This document shows positions 56,326-64,000 of a DNA stretch of 64,000 nt, piece by piece. The notes below the pieces were generated by a model. That model did no database searches and was not told the DNA's origin. It saw nothing but the letters and a program-made list of their open reading frames with translations. The stretch covers positions 178,411-242,410 of the forward strand of contig CAZKVR010000001.1 of assembly GCA_964556395.1 (NCBI GenBank), read 5' to 3'. The number at the start of each line of letters is the position of its first letter. Position 1 is the first letter of the stretch. The translations under genes were made by a program, and so were the position numbers. This DNA comes from an uncultured Methanosarcinales archaeon. Lineage in GTDB: Archaea > Nanobdellota > Nanobdellia > Woesearchaeales > WJKR01.

Positions 56326-57171
56326 TTATCCATACATGGTTCTGAGCCGCTTGACACGCTCCTTCACCGGCGGGTGCGTCGAGAACAACCTGGTGAGACC
56401 TTGCCGCGAGAAAGGGTTGACGATGAACATCGACGCCCCGGCTTCCGTGGAGGCGCGCATCGGCCGGCGCTTGTTCGCACCTTCCAGCTTCTCCAACGCC
56501 CGCGCGAGGTATTCGCCATGCCCGACGATCCTAGCACCACCCGCGTCAGCAGCGTACTCCCTGCTCCGGGATATCGCCAGCTGGATGATGGTCGCCAGTA
56601 TTGGTGTCAAGATGGCCAGGACGAGCAACGACAGGATGTTCTCCCCGTCGCCGTCACCCCCCATGCCGCCGAAGATGGCCGCCCACCGGGCCATGAACGC
56701 CACGTAGCTTATGATGCCGGCTATCGTCGCGGCCACCGTGGCGATGAGGACGTCGCGGTGCTTGACGTGAGCCAGTTCGTGCGCTATCACGCCTTTGAGC
56801 TCGTGCTTGGACAAGAGGTGCAGGATGCCTTCGGTCGCCGCCACCGAGGCTTTCTTCGGGCCGCGGCCGGTGGCGAACGCGTTCGGCGTCTGGGACGGCA
56901 CGACGTAGACCGACGGCATCGGGATGTCGGCTTTCTGCGACAGCTCCCGCACGATGTCGATGAGTTGTTTGTGCTTCCTAGGGTCGGCTTTCTGGGCGCG
57001 GTACATCTTCAGGGCAATCTTGTCGCTCCACAGGTACATGCCGAAATTCATCAGCACCGACAGCACGATGGCTATCGTCAGCCCGCTGGCTCCGCCGACG
57101 AGGTAGCCGACACCTAAGAGGATGCCTGTCAGTACCGCCAACAACAAGGCCGTCTTGAACGCATAACTCAT
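56326..57171 (-). CDS. htpX: Zinc metalloprotease HtpX (M48)
   Basis: PNAFATGR, HELAH, ISRSREYAAD, FSTHPP; start re-called at ATG 57171. Confidence 0.96.
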   Translation of the reverse strand: MSYAFKTALLLAVLTGILLGVGYLVGGASGLTIAIVLSVLMNFGMYLWSDKIALKMYRAQKADPRKHKQLIDIVRELSQKADIPMPSVYVVPSQTPNAFATGRGPKKASVAATEGILHLLSKHELKGVIAHELAHVKHRDVLIATVAATIAGIISYVAFMARWAAIFGGMGGDGDGENILSLLVLAILTPILATIIQLAISRSREYAADAGGARIVGHGEYLARALEKLEGANKRRPMRASTEAGASMFIVNPFSRQGLTRLFSTHPPVKERVKRLRTMYG

Positions 57172-57196
57172 ACTATTGGGGAAGGATGTGTGTTTT

Positions 57197-57565
57197 TTAA
57201 ACTTGACGTAACCGGCGACAAGAAAGATACCTCCCAAGACCTTCGACCTGCCGGAGCTCGGTCTGCCACAACGCGTCCCGCGGCTTGTCCTCGACCTTGA
57301 CGCCGTGTTGCGACAGGTAGGCGCGGAGCTTGCCGTACAGCCGTTTCCCTTCCGCGTCGAGATCCGTCAGGATGACCGCTTTCCCGTAGCGCCCAGCGAC
57401 CCGTTCCGAGAACAGGTAGAGGTTGGTGTCGACCTCCTCGACGTTCGCCACGCCGACATCCTTAAGGGCTGCGACGTCGCGCCGGCCTTCGACGACGAAG
57501 CACGTGTCGCCGTCGTCAAACTCCTCCAAGGCGTCGAGGAATTCTGAAAGGGAGTGTTGTCCCAT
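57197..57565 (-). CDS. Stand-alone Toprim domain protein
   Basis: VVEGRRD and ILTDLDAEG Toprim motifs; ELRQVEGL tail. Confidence 0.88.
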   Translation of the reverse strand: MGQHSLSEFLDALEEFDDGDTCFVVEGRRDVAALKDVGVANVEEVDTNLYLFSERVAGRYGKAVILTDLDAEGKRLYGKLRAYLSQHGVKVEDKPRDALWQTELRQVEGLGRYLSCRRLRQV

Positions 57566-57589
57566 GACAGGAAGATGAAGAGAAAAGCA

Positions 57590-57595
57590 TTTAAA
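57590..57595. promoter_or_regulatory. Palindromic TTTAAA, candidate shared bidirectional TATA box
   Basis: 25 nt from the minus-strand ATG 57565 and 26 nt from the plus-strand ATG 57621. Confidence 0.55.
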
Positions 57596-57620
57596 GTTGT
57601 TACGAAGTGGTAAATCCATA

Positions 57621-58757
57621 ATGGACGCTCACGAACGAGAGAAATACGCGCGGTACAACCGCAGGCTCCTACGGGCACTCCAACACTTCTACAACCAACG
57701 GCTCGACACCATCAAGAAAGCTGATATGGAGTCGAAGAAGGAATTCGTCACAGGACTCAAGGACGTCCTTGACAAGGCGGCAGTCATCAAGCGGCGGATG
57801 CCGCGGAAGTACGTCCCGATGAGGGGGTTGTTCAAGCGGCTCTACGACGACCTCTACGGCGGCAAGGGCTCGTACCTCTCAGCCTTGGAGTCGGGCGATG
57901 AGAAAGCGATAAGGGATGCCGAGGAAAAGGTCCTTCATAGGATGGATAAGGGCATGCGACACCTCAAGCCGCCGAGAGGCTTGGACATGGATGACGTCGA
58001 GGAGCTGTATCACGAGGTCGGACTGCAGGCCCGTCACAAGGCCCGTGCCAAGTCATCCAGCCCGTTCGTACGGACGGCTGCGCTCATCGCGGTCTTCCTC
58101 GTCATGAGCAGCTTCACCCCAGTCATAGCCCAGACGGCTGAGAAGCCATTCACCACGGACGAGAAGAAGACGTCGATGTTTGAAGAGATAAAACAAGACA
58201 TCAAGGGCGTCGTCGCCAGTGCCATCAACCTCGCCGAGACCGGCTCTGACGGCATGTCCGGGCGGATGCACCTCGTCCGCGAGGCGGGAGACGTCGGTGA
58301 CGAGGCGGAGTCGGACCTGTCGGAGCGCAAGGCCGAGGTGACGGCGTGGGCTGACGCTCTCAACCTCCTGGACAAGGATTTCGTAGGGAAGATACTGGAC
58401 CAGGACGCGGTCAAGGCCGGCAAGGCGTTGGCGAACACGTGGAAGAAGCTATTGCCGAAAGGCTATAACGTGAAGGTGAAGACGTTCGACAGCGCGAAGG
58501 ACTCCATCAAGGTTCCTTTGGAGTACAGGCCTGTCGAGGAGTTGAAGGGCCGGTTGGCGAGGGACCGGACATCATTGGAGAAGGACGTACAGTGGGGTCC
58601 TGAGACGAGCGTCCGTCGTGTGAAAGAGATTTTCTTAGGGCTCAACGAGAAGGAGGATTTCGTGTTCGTCATCCGCGAGCACGTGAAGAGCCAGAAGGAT
58701 GACGACTCGAGGACCCAGACACGCCAGGTCAACGTCTTCATCAGCTACGAGGATTGA
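57621..58757 (+). CDS. Hypothetical protein with central TM/signal-like segment
   Basis: Long ORF with typical codon usage; hydrophobic TAALIAVFLVMSSFTPVIA at ~aa 150. Confidence 0.75.
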   Translation: MDAHEREKYARYNRRLLRALQHFYNQRLDTIKKADMESKKEFVTGLKDVLDKAAVIKRRMPRKYVPMRGLFKRLYDDLYGGKGSYLSALESGDEKAIRDAEEKVLHRMDKGMRHLKPPRGLDMDDVEELYHEVGLQARHKARAKSSSPFVRTAALIAVFLVMSSFTPVIAQTAEKPFTTDEKKTSMFEEIKQDIKGVVASAINLAETGSDGMSGRMHLVREAGDVGDEAESDLSERKAEVTAWADALNLLDKDFVGKILDQDAVKAGKALANTWKKLLPKGYNVKVKTFDSAKDSIKVPLEYRPVEELKGRLARDRTSLEKDVQWGPETSVRRVKEIFLGLNEKEDFVFVIREHVKSQKDDDSRTQTRQVNVFISYED

Positions 58758-58758
58758 G

Positions 58759-59142
58759 TCAGCGGAGTTCTCGGATTGCTGATCGCCGCTTGTCGGTCCA
58801 CTCCTGGTGTTCGGTCGTGGGCAGCCAGGCGTCGCCGCTCGTGGCGACCGTGACGAGTTCTTCGAGGAGGCCGTGGGCGTACGCGGCGTAGCCTTCGAGG
58901 CCTTCGCCCGACGTCTTGGCGACACGTGCAGGTCCTAGCGCGCGGAGGTGTGCGTGGAGCGGTGACGGGCCTGACGGTTCCCGCTTGAGGCCTGCGGTGA
59001 CGTCCATGCCGTCCAAGGCGGTGTTCGCCGCCCGCATCGGGTAGCGCGTGGCGTGCTCGCCGTCCACGCTCTTCTCAGGTCCTCGTCGCATCTCTTCAGA
59101 GGTGAATTTCTTGAGGGGTTCTCGTGCTGTGACTGGCTCCAT
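58759..59142 (-). CDS. Hypothetical protein
   Basis: Fills the gap; AT-rich promoter-like island at ~59165-59195 upstream. Confidence 0.5.
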   Translation of the reverse strand: MEPVTAREPLKKFTSEEMRRGPEKSVDGEHATRYPMRAANTALDGMDVTAGLKREPSGPSPLHAHLRALGPARVAKTSGEGLEGYAAYAHGLLEELVTVATSGDAWLPTTEHQEWTDKRRSAIRELR

Positions 59143-59217
59143 GTCCGACGGTTAAGACTGCGTCGCATAAAAAGGTTTGCTAAAATTATATATAGGATGA
59201 CCGCTCACTCGGGATTG

Positions 59218-59457
59218 ATGGAAGTCGCCTACATCCTCGTCGATTGCCGTCACGGCAAGCTGAAGATCGCGGCGAACGCCCTGCGCCGCCACGAGGAGGT
59301 TGAGGAGTTGCACGAGGTGTTCGGAAGCGCAGACCTCGTCGTCAAGATCGTCTGCGAGGATCGCGAGGAGTTGAAGGCGTTCATCCAGAACAAGCTCCAG
59401 ATCACCGAGGGTATCCGGACGACGGAGACCTTGGTCGTGAGCGACCTCGAAGGCTAA
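59218..59457 (+). CDS. Stand-alone Lrp/AsnC ligand-binding (RAM) domain protein
   Basis: AYILV...EVEELHEVFGSADLVVKI...L..FI..KL....GI..TETLV; TATA at ~59186-59194. Confidence 0.88.
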   Translation: MEVAYILVDCRHGKLKIAANALRRHEEVEELHEVFGSADLVVKIVCEDREELKAFIQNKLQITEGIRTTETLVVSDLEG

Positions 59458-61670
59458 CCCTCGTAAGGCCGGTCCAGCACGTCCTGTATCGTCTTGGCTT
59501 TCTTCTCGCCGATGAGCTCGACGTCCTGGAGTTCTTCTTCCGTGGCTTCCAACACCTGCCTGACCGTCCCGAAGTGTTTGAGCAAGGGCTTCGCCAGCTT
59601 GGGGCCGATGCCCGGCAGGCTCCCCACGACGTACTCCTGGCGTTCCTTCAAAGTCCAGGGCTTCGCGCTGTGCGGCGTGTGGCTCCGGTCGTCGTGCTGT
59701 TGCACCCGCTTCGCCATGGCCAGTAGGACGCCGGCGGTGTCTTGCGCCGACGCCGTCCGTAGCAATGGTATGTGGTATGAGAGCATGATGGTAGCGAGCA
59801 TGCCTCTGATGGCCGCCGGGCTCACCCTTCGTTGCGCGTACAGGTCTTCCTGTCCTTCGAGTATGAGGACTGGCTTGTACACCGACCGTAGCGCGGAGAG
59901 TTGCGATAACAGCCGTCCGTCGACGATGCTGTCGACGAAGTCCTTCACCGTCTTGTATTCCACCACGACGTCGTCGCCTACCTGGTAGTCGCCGACTTCC
60001 AGTTGTTTGAGGTCGAGCGCGGCGTCCCCTGCCAATAACGCTTTCATGACTGCCGAGCCTTTCTCCCTGTAGTCGGCGGTGATGGTTATCTTCTGGGGCT
60101 TCTCGTACGATGACAACGTCGGTCGGCCTTTGGGCGGCTCCTGCTTGGTGGGGCCTGTGAAATTCTTCTTCAGCTTGGCGATGGTGCGGTACATGCGTTT
60201 CTCCTTGTGGTGCGCCGACCACCTGTAGCCCTCGTCGCGCGTGTCCTTGGCGATGAGGATGGCGACGCTCCCCGCACTGTGCCTTCCCGTCCGGCCACGG
60301 CGCTGTACCGTCCTGATCGCGCTGGGGATAGGCTCGTAGAAGATGACGCCCTCCACGGCCGGGATGTCGAGTCCTTCTTCCGCCACGCTCGTGGCGATGA
60401 GGATGTTGAACTCCCCTTCCCTGAAACGTTCCACCATCCGCTTCTGCTCTTTCTGCGACAGCCCGGTCGTGCCTTTCTTGGCCTGGCCGACGAAGATCTC
60501 CGCGGAGGCGAGGTCTTTCAATTCCTCTTTCAGCACCGTGCCCGTGATCCTGAACTGCGTGAAGATGATGAACTTCTTGTCCTGGCCCGTCATGAAGGCT
60601 TTCGTCAGGTAGTCCTTGAGCCGAGCCACCTTGGGGTGTTCGACGCCTTCCTCCACGGCGCGGTCGGCGAGTATCACGGCTGCTTTGAAATCTGCGTCCT
60701 TGACGAGGTTCTGCACGGCTTTCGTCTTGCTCGTCCGCGACAGTGATTGGAGTTGGTGGAGGTATGCCGACAACGCCCTGACCGTCTGGGTCTCGCACAG
60801 CTCGAGGGCGTGCTGGACCTTCAACGCCTCCGCCAACAGGCTGATGGTCTTGAGGACGTCGAACCCCTTGTCGCCTCTGGCGGTCTGGGCGTGGAGTTCC
60901 GCTTGCATCTTGAGCAGGGTCGTCTTGTTGTAGTTCCTCGTGTCGCCTTTGAGGACGCCGAGGCTTTTCGCGTCGTCGAGCTTGCGCTGATAGCATTTCT
61001 GAAGGTAGCTTTGGATGCGTTTGAGGTAGCTGTCGAGAGTGACCTCGAGGAAGCGGGTGTCGACGTCCTGCGTGTACTCCTTGAGCTCCGCGTCGTCCGG
61101 CGATCTCAGCTCGATAGCCTCTATGTGGAGGTTCTCGCACACCGTCTTGATAGTCTCCTCGTCGGATCCCGGCGAGGCGGTGAGGGCTAATACGCGTTCG
61201 TGCAGGGCTTTCTTGTGGTACTGGTCGGCTATGTAGACGTACGCGTAGTCGCCCGTCGCCCGGTGCGCCTCGTCGAACACGAGCAGTCCAACGTCTCGCA
61301 TTGATATCTTGTTGCTGATGAGGTCGTTCTCCAGGCCTTGCGGCGTGCTGAAGATGAATCGCGACTCGTTCCACAGCTTGACTCGTTTGGCCGGCGTGAC
61401 GCTGCCTGTCAACAAGGAGAATTCTTCCTCGGGCAGGTCGAAGAGTTCGGTGAAGGTGTCGAGGTGTTGCTGCACCAACGGTTTCGTCGGTGCGAGGAAG
61501 ACTATCTTGGCGTCGTCGTTCTGGTCGAGCCGGTGGGCTGCCATCATGGCTGCGATGGCGGTCTTCCCCATGCCTGTCGGGAGGACGACGAGGGTGTTAT
61601 GTCTCGCCGCTGTGGCGAGTATGGTCTCCTGGTAGCGCCGCGGCGTGAACCCTGGTTTGAGAAGAGCCAT
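59454..61670 (-). CDS. hef: Hef (FANCM-like) DEAH helicase-ERCC4 nuclease
   Basis: LPTGMGKT, DEAH, TASPG, ATSVAEEGLD, QRRGRTGR; ERCC4 D.RE...GDY...EYKT; two HhH motifs. Confidence 0.95.
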   Translation of the reverse strand: MALLKPGFTPRRYQETILATAARHNTLVVLPTGMGKTAIAAMMAAHRLDQNDDAKIVFLAPTKPLVQQHLDTFTELFDLPEEEFSLLTGSVTPAKRVKLWNESRFIFSTPQGLENDLISNKISMRDVGLLVFDEAHRATGDYAYVYIADQYHKKALHERVLALTASPGSDEETIKTVCENLHIEAIELRSPDDAELKEYTQDVDTRFLEVTLDSYLKRIQSYLQKCYQRKLDDAKSLGVLKGDTRNYNKTTLLKMQAELHAQTARGDKGFDVLKTISLLAEALKVQHALELCETQTVRALSAYLHQLQSLSRTSKTKAVQNLVKDADFKAAVILADRAVEEGVEHPKVARLKDYLTKAFMTGQDKKFIIFTQFRITGTVLKEELKDLASAEIFVGQAKKGTTGLSQKEQKRMVERFREGEFNILIATSVAEEGLDIPAVEGVIFYEPIPSAIRTVQRRGRTGRHSAGSVAILIAKDTRDEGYRWSAHHKEKRMYRTIAKLKKNFTGPTKQEPPKGRPTLSSYEKPQKITITADYREKGSAVMKALLAGDAALDLKQLEVGDYQVGDDVVVEYKTVKDFVDSIVDGRLLSQLSALRSVYKPVLILEGQEDLYAQRRVSPAAIRGMLATIMLSYHIPLLRTASAQDTAGVLLAMAKRVQQHDDRSHTPHSAKPWTLKERQEYVVGSLPGIGPKLAKPLLKHFGTVRQVLEATEEELQDVELIGEKKAKTIQDVLDRPYEG

Positions 61671-61725
61671 GGCTAGGGAGAACGAGCGCCTGGTTTAAAT
61701 GCGTTGTGACGTCGTGGCCAGTGCT

Positions 61726-61956
61726 TCATGCACGGCCGCGGGCCATCTTAGCCTTGCTGATGTCTCCGTCCTTGTCGACGAAGTACAGGTAGCCGGGCTC
61801 TTTCCGGACGTTGGCGCGCGCGACCTTCTCGGCCCGTCCTTTCGCGCCCTTGCCGCCTCTGACCATGGGCGCCTTGCTGACGTCCCCTTGCTTGTCGACG
61901 AAGTAGAGGTAGCCGCGTTCCTTACGCACGCCCACTCGAGCAACTTTGTCTGCCAT
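61726..61956 (-). CDS. Small basic protein with an internal tandem duplication
   Basis: KVAR..VRKE.GYLYFVDK.GD.SKA.M.RG occurs twice; SD-like GGGGTG upstream; TATA at ~62011-62018. Confidence 0.8.
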   Translation of the reverse strand: MADKVARVGVRKERGYLYFVDKQGDVSKAPMVRGGKGAKGRAEKVARANVRKEPGYLYFVDKDGDISKAKMARGRA

Positions 61957-62108
61957 GTGCTTTTACACCCCCATGTGCACTGTTTTGTGGGTGATTCCCG
62001 GCGACGTTGGTATATAAAACTTCCGATTTTCTCGAGGAGAAGGGCTGAAATGGGGTCTCTGGAAACGCAGAGGAACTTTTTTATAAACAGGTCTTCTCCT
62101 TGACAACT

Positions 62109-62378
62109 ATGCTCCTGGTGAAGTTCTTCGGCCTCATGGACATCTTCAGCGCGGTCGTCATGCTCCTCGTCCAGTTCGACGTCACGCCGTGGCGTGTCAT
62201 CCTCACGGCGGCCGGGTGGCTGTTCCTCAAGGGATTCCTGTTCCGGGGTGAGCTGGCGAGCATGATCGACATGGGCATCGGCGGGTATCACATCCTCATG
62301 GTCGTCCTGCCCATCCCGTTCGTCACGTACGTGGCGGCGGCCTATCTTTTCATCAAGGGCATCGTCTCCATCTTCTAG
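62109..62378 (+). CDS. Small membrane protein
   Basis: Hydrophobic throughout, repeated ..KG motif; TATA at ~62078-62087. Confidence 0.7.
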   Translation: MLLVKFFGLMDIFSAVVMLLVQFDVTPWRVILTAAGWLFLKGFLFRGELASMIDMGIGGYHILMVVLPIPFVTYVAAAYLFIKGIVSIF

Positions 62379-63091
62379 TCGTACGTACGCTTGTAGAACC
62401 ACGTGGCTGCGAAGGCGAGGATGGCGGCGACGACGTAGCTGAACACGCCTCCGAGGAGTATGAGGAGGAAGTAGACGCCGACGAAGATGGTGACGAACAC
62501 CCAGAGCCAGCGCCGGTAGTAGAGGATGTGGAAGCCTTCTTGGCCGTTGATCGGTATCAGGCCGAAGAACGCGATGGCGGCGGTGGCTTGGAGTATCTTG
62601 GTGATGAGGATGCTGTCCGTCGCGAGTGCGATCGGCTTGAGCGGTATCATGAGGAGGACGCACGCCGCCGGCGCCGCGATGCCGATGCTGGCGAGGTGCT
62701 TGTAGTTCAACCCGTACCGGAAGGCTCCGAGCCTGAGGCGTTTGGATTCCGTGATGCGGAGGTGTCCTGGCGCGACGTAGGGGATGATTCCTTTGAGGAA
62801 GAGGGCGAGGAAGATGCTGATGGGGAGGCCGTACTTGTGGGCGGTATACCGGGTCAGGTAGCCGAGCCTGAGCGCCAGCCATTTCTGCGCGACTGTGCGG
62901 AGCATGATGACGGCGAACGACGCCCCTGCGACGGCGAGGAACGTCCAGAGGAGGTAGCTCACCGTGACTTCTCCTTGTCGTATCCAGTCGAGCAGGTTGA
63001 CGATGAAGCCTATGCTGAGGGCTGTGACGAGCATGGCGACGAGTTCTTTGAGGGTGAATTCTTTCGCCTTGGCTGACGCGCGTCGGTACAT
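62375..63091 (-). CDS. Multi-TM membrane protein, degenerate M50 peptidase-like
   Basis: M50-like layout (AQKWLA..LGY, APG, IGIAAP, FGLIPINGQEG) but the HExxH and NLLP..LDG motifs are altered. Confidence 0.55.
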   Translation of the reverse strand: MYRRASAKAKEFTLKELVAMLVTALSIGFIVNLLDWIRQGEVTVSYLLWTFLAVAGASFAVIMLRTVAQKWLALRLGYLTRYTAHKYGLPISIFLALFLKGIIPYVAPGHLRITESKRLRLGAFRYGLNYKHLASIGIAAPAACVLLMIPLKPIALATDSILITKILQATAAIAFFGLIPINGQEGFHILYYRRWLWVFVTIFVGVYFLLILLGGVFSYVVAAILAFAATWFYKRTYD

Positions 63092-63114
63092 GCCTCTTCC
63101 CTTGGGAGGATTCT

Positions 63115-63792
63115 TTAAGAATGTTGCGCTTGCTCTTCCAATAGTTGGCGGTAGCGGCCCTGGACTCCTTGGAGGTGTCCTGCGCCGAGGACTGCGAGCA
63201 TCTTCTTGTCAGGGTGTTGGAGCGTCGCGGCTGCGAGCCGTCGGGCCATGAACTCGTTGCGTTCTTCCACGAGGATGCGGTGCATGGTGGGGTAGCGTCC
63301 TTTGAGCTCGTCGAGGAGCAGGGTGACGAGCTTTCTCGGCGGGACTTTCTTGAGGTCTATCTTCATCCGCTTGGCGCGCCGCTTGCCGAACAGGAGGTCT
63401 CCGAGGAAGCGCCACTTCTCCTTCCTCGTCAGCTGTTTGGAGAACCGTTTGAGCGTGGTCTGGAGGTTGCGGTCCATGAGCAGGACCTGTTTCTGGTTGT
63501 TCTTCGCCAGCACCACCGCTTGTTTCATGTCAGACCCTGGCTGGACGCCGACCATGCGTCCGAGTTTCCGTTGGAAGTAGCTGCCGATGATGGCGAACAG
63601 GTATCCTTTCAGGCCTATCCTGCCTATCATCCTGGGCGAGTAGCTCGGCTTCTGGTCTGACAGGAGCGCGTGGAGTCGTTGCCGGTCGAGCTCCACGGCC
63701 ACGATGTCGGGGTCTTGCTCGAGGAAGGCTTTCTTGATCTCGTTGACGCTGTCCTCGGCGATGTGGCTGGTGCCGATGAAGGTGACGGGCAT
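63115..63792 (-). CDS. TraB/PrgY/GumN family protein
   Basis: IGTSHIA..S, PDIVAVELD..R, PGSDM..A, DRNLQ.T, LVEERNEFMA, VLGAGH. Confidence 0.9.
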   Translation of the reverse strand: MPVTFIGTSHIAEDSVNEIKKAFLEQDPDIVAVELDRQRLHALLSDQKPSYSPRMIGRIGLKGYLFAIIGSYFQRKLGRMVGVQPGSDMKQAVVLAKNNQKQVLLMDRNLQTTLKRFSKQLTRKEKWRFLGDLLFGKRRAKRMKIDLKKVPPRKLVTLLLDELKGRYPTMHRILVEERNEFMARRLAAATLQHPDKKMLAVLGAGHLQGVQGRYRQLLEEQAQHS

Positions 63793-63832
63793 GGTGGGGT
63801 GTAAGGAAGACTGGCTTTTAAATTGTTGCATC

Positions 63833-64000
63833 CTAGACCTTCACCCAGTCGGCGAGGCCGAGCTGTTTCTCCTTGTCCTTGCCGAAGTAGGATTCTATAC
63901 GCACTCTCGTGAGTTCTAATGTCTGTCGTAGGAATGCCGGCACGTCGTAGTTGCGCGCCAGCATGAGCGACGGTTCCAGGTATTTGGTGACTGAGCCTTC
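63833..64000 (-). CDS. polC: C-terminus of DNA polymerase D large subunit DP2 (5' part outside the window)
   Basis: Hand translation EGSVTKYLEPSLMLARNYDVPAFLRQTLEL...IESYFG...QLGLADW*; matches the DP2 terminus with PIP-box-like QxxLxxW. Confidence 0.85.
   Translation of the reverse strand, partial: EGSVTKYLEPSLMLARNYDVPAFLRQTLELTRVRIESYFGKDKEKQLGLADWVKV

Noticed and set aside
59152-61374. 740-aa alternative-frame ORF overlapping hef, and similar long shadow ORFs (28659-29888, 16744-17868, 61695-62882)
   Set aside because: R/P/G/H-rich low-information translations expected from GC3-rich codon usage; they overlap well-supported genes.
61726-61956. Assignment to known chromatin proteins (Cren7, Sul7, CC1, Alba, histone)
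   Set aside because: The sequence does not match the motifs I recall for these families; left unnamed.
62375-63091. This membrane protein as the missing prepilin peptidase
   Set aside because: Lacks the A24 aspartate motifs (D..., GxGD); it looks more like a degenerate M50 protein.

Overview
Archaeal chromosomal window, most consistent with a high-GC DPANN archaeon (Woesearchaeota-like). Evidence: archaeal S10-spc ribosomal cluster with eL19/eL32/eS4/Rpp29/SUI1, a fused PriS-PriL primase, Hef, the PolD DP2 C-terminus and acidic surface proteins. The right half (37.1-64 kb) is mostly housekeeping. The left half holds a ~34-kb minus-strand surface locus (3286-37012): 17 contiguous genes plus one separate gene with archaeal class III (type IV pilin-like) signal peptides, and three giant Cys-rich/Ig-like surface proteins. 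Two of the pilin-like genes are 46-aa ORFs missing from the ORF track. The most striking feature is the last gene of this locus, a pilin-signal protein fusing a Zn-dependent N-acetylmuramoyl-L-alanine amidase with a lytic transglycosylase. That places two peptidoglycan-cutting domains on a pilus-type protein in an organism class that does not make peptidoglycan, suggesting a pilus-based system for attaching to or breaching bacteria (inference). Other signals: a 44-bp dispersed repeat at equivalent positions upstream of two pilin transcription units, beta-defensin-spaced Cys modules on small pilins, low-GC segments inside adhesin genes, and a structured ~170-nt leader upstream of rpl3. No rRNA, tRNA, CRISPR array or transposase was recognised. 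All product calls come from reading motifs by eye; no searches were run.
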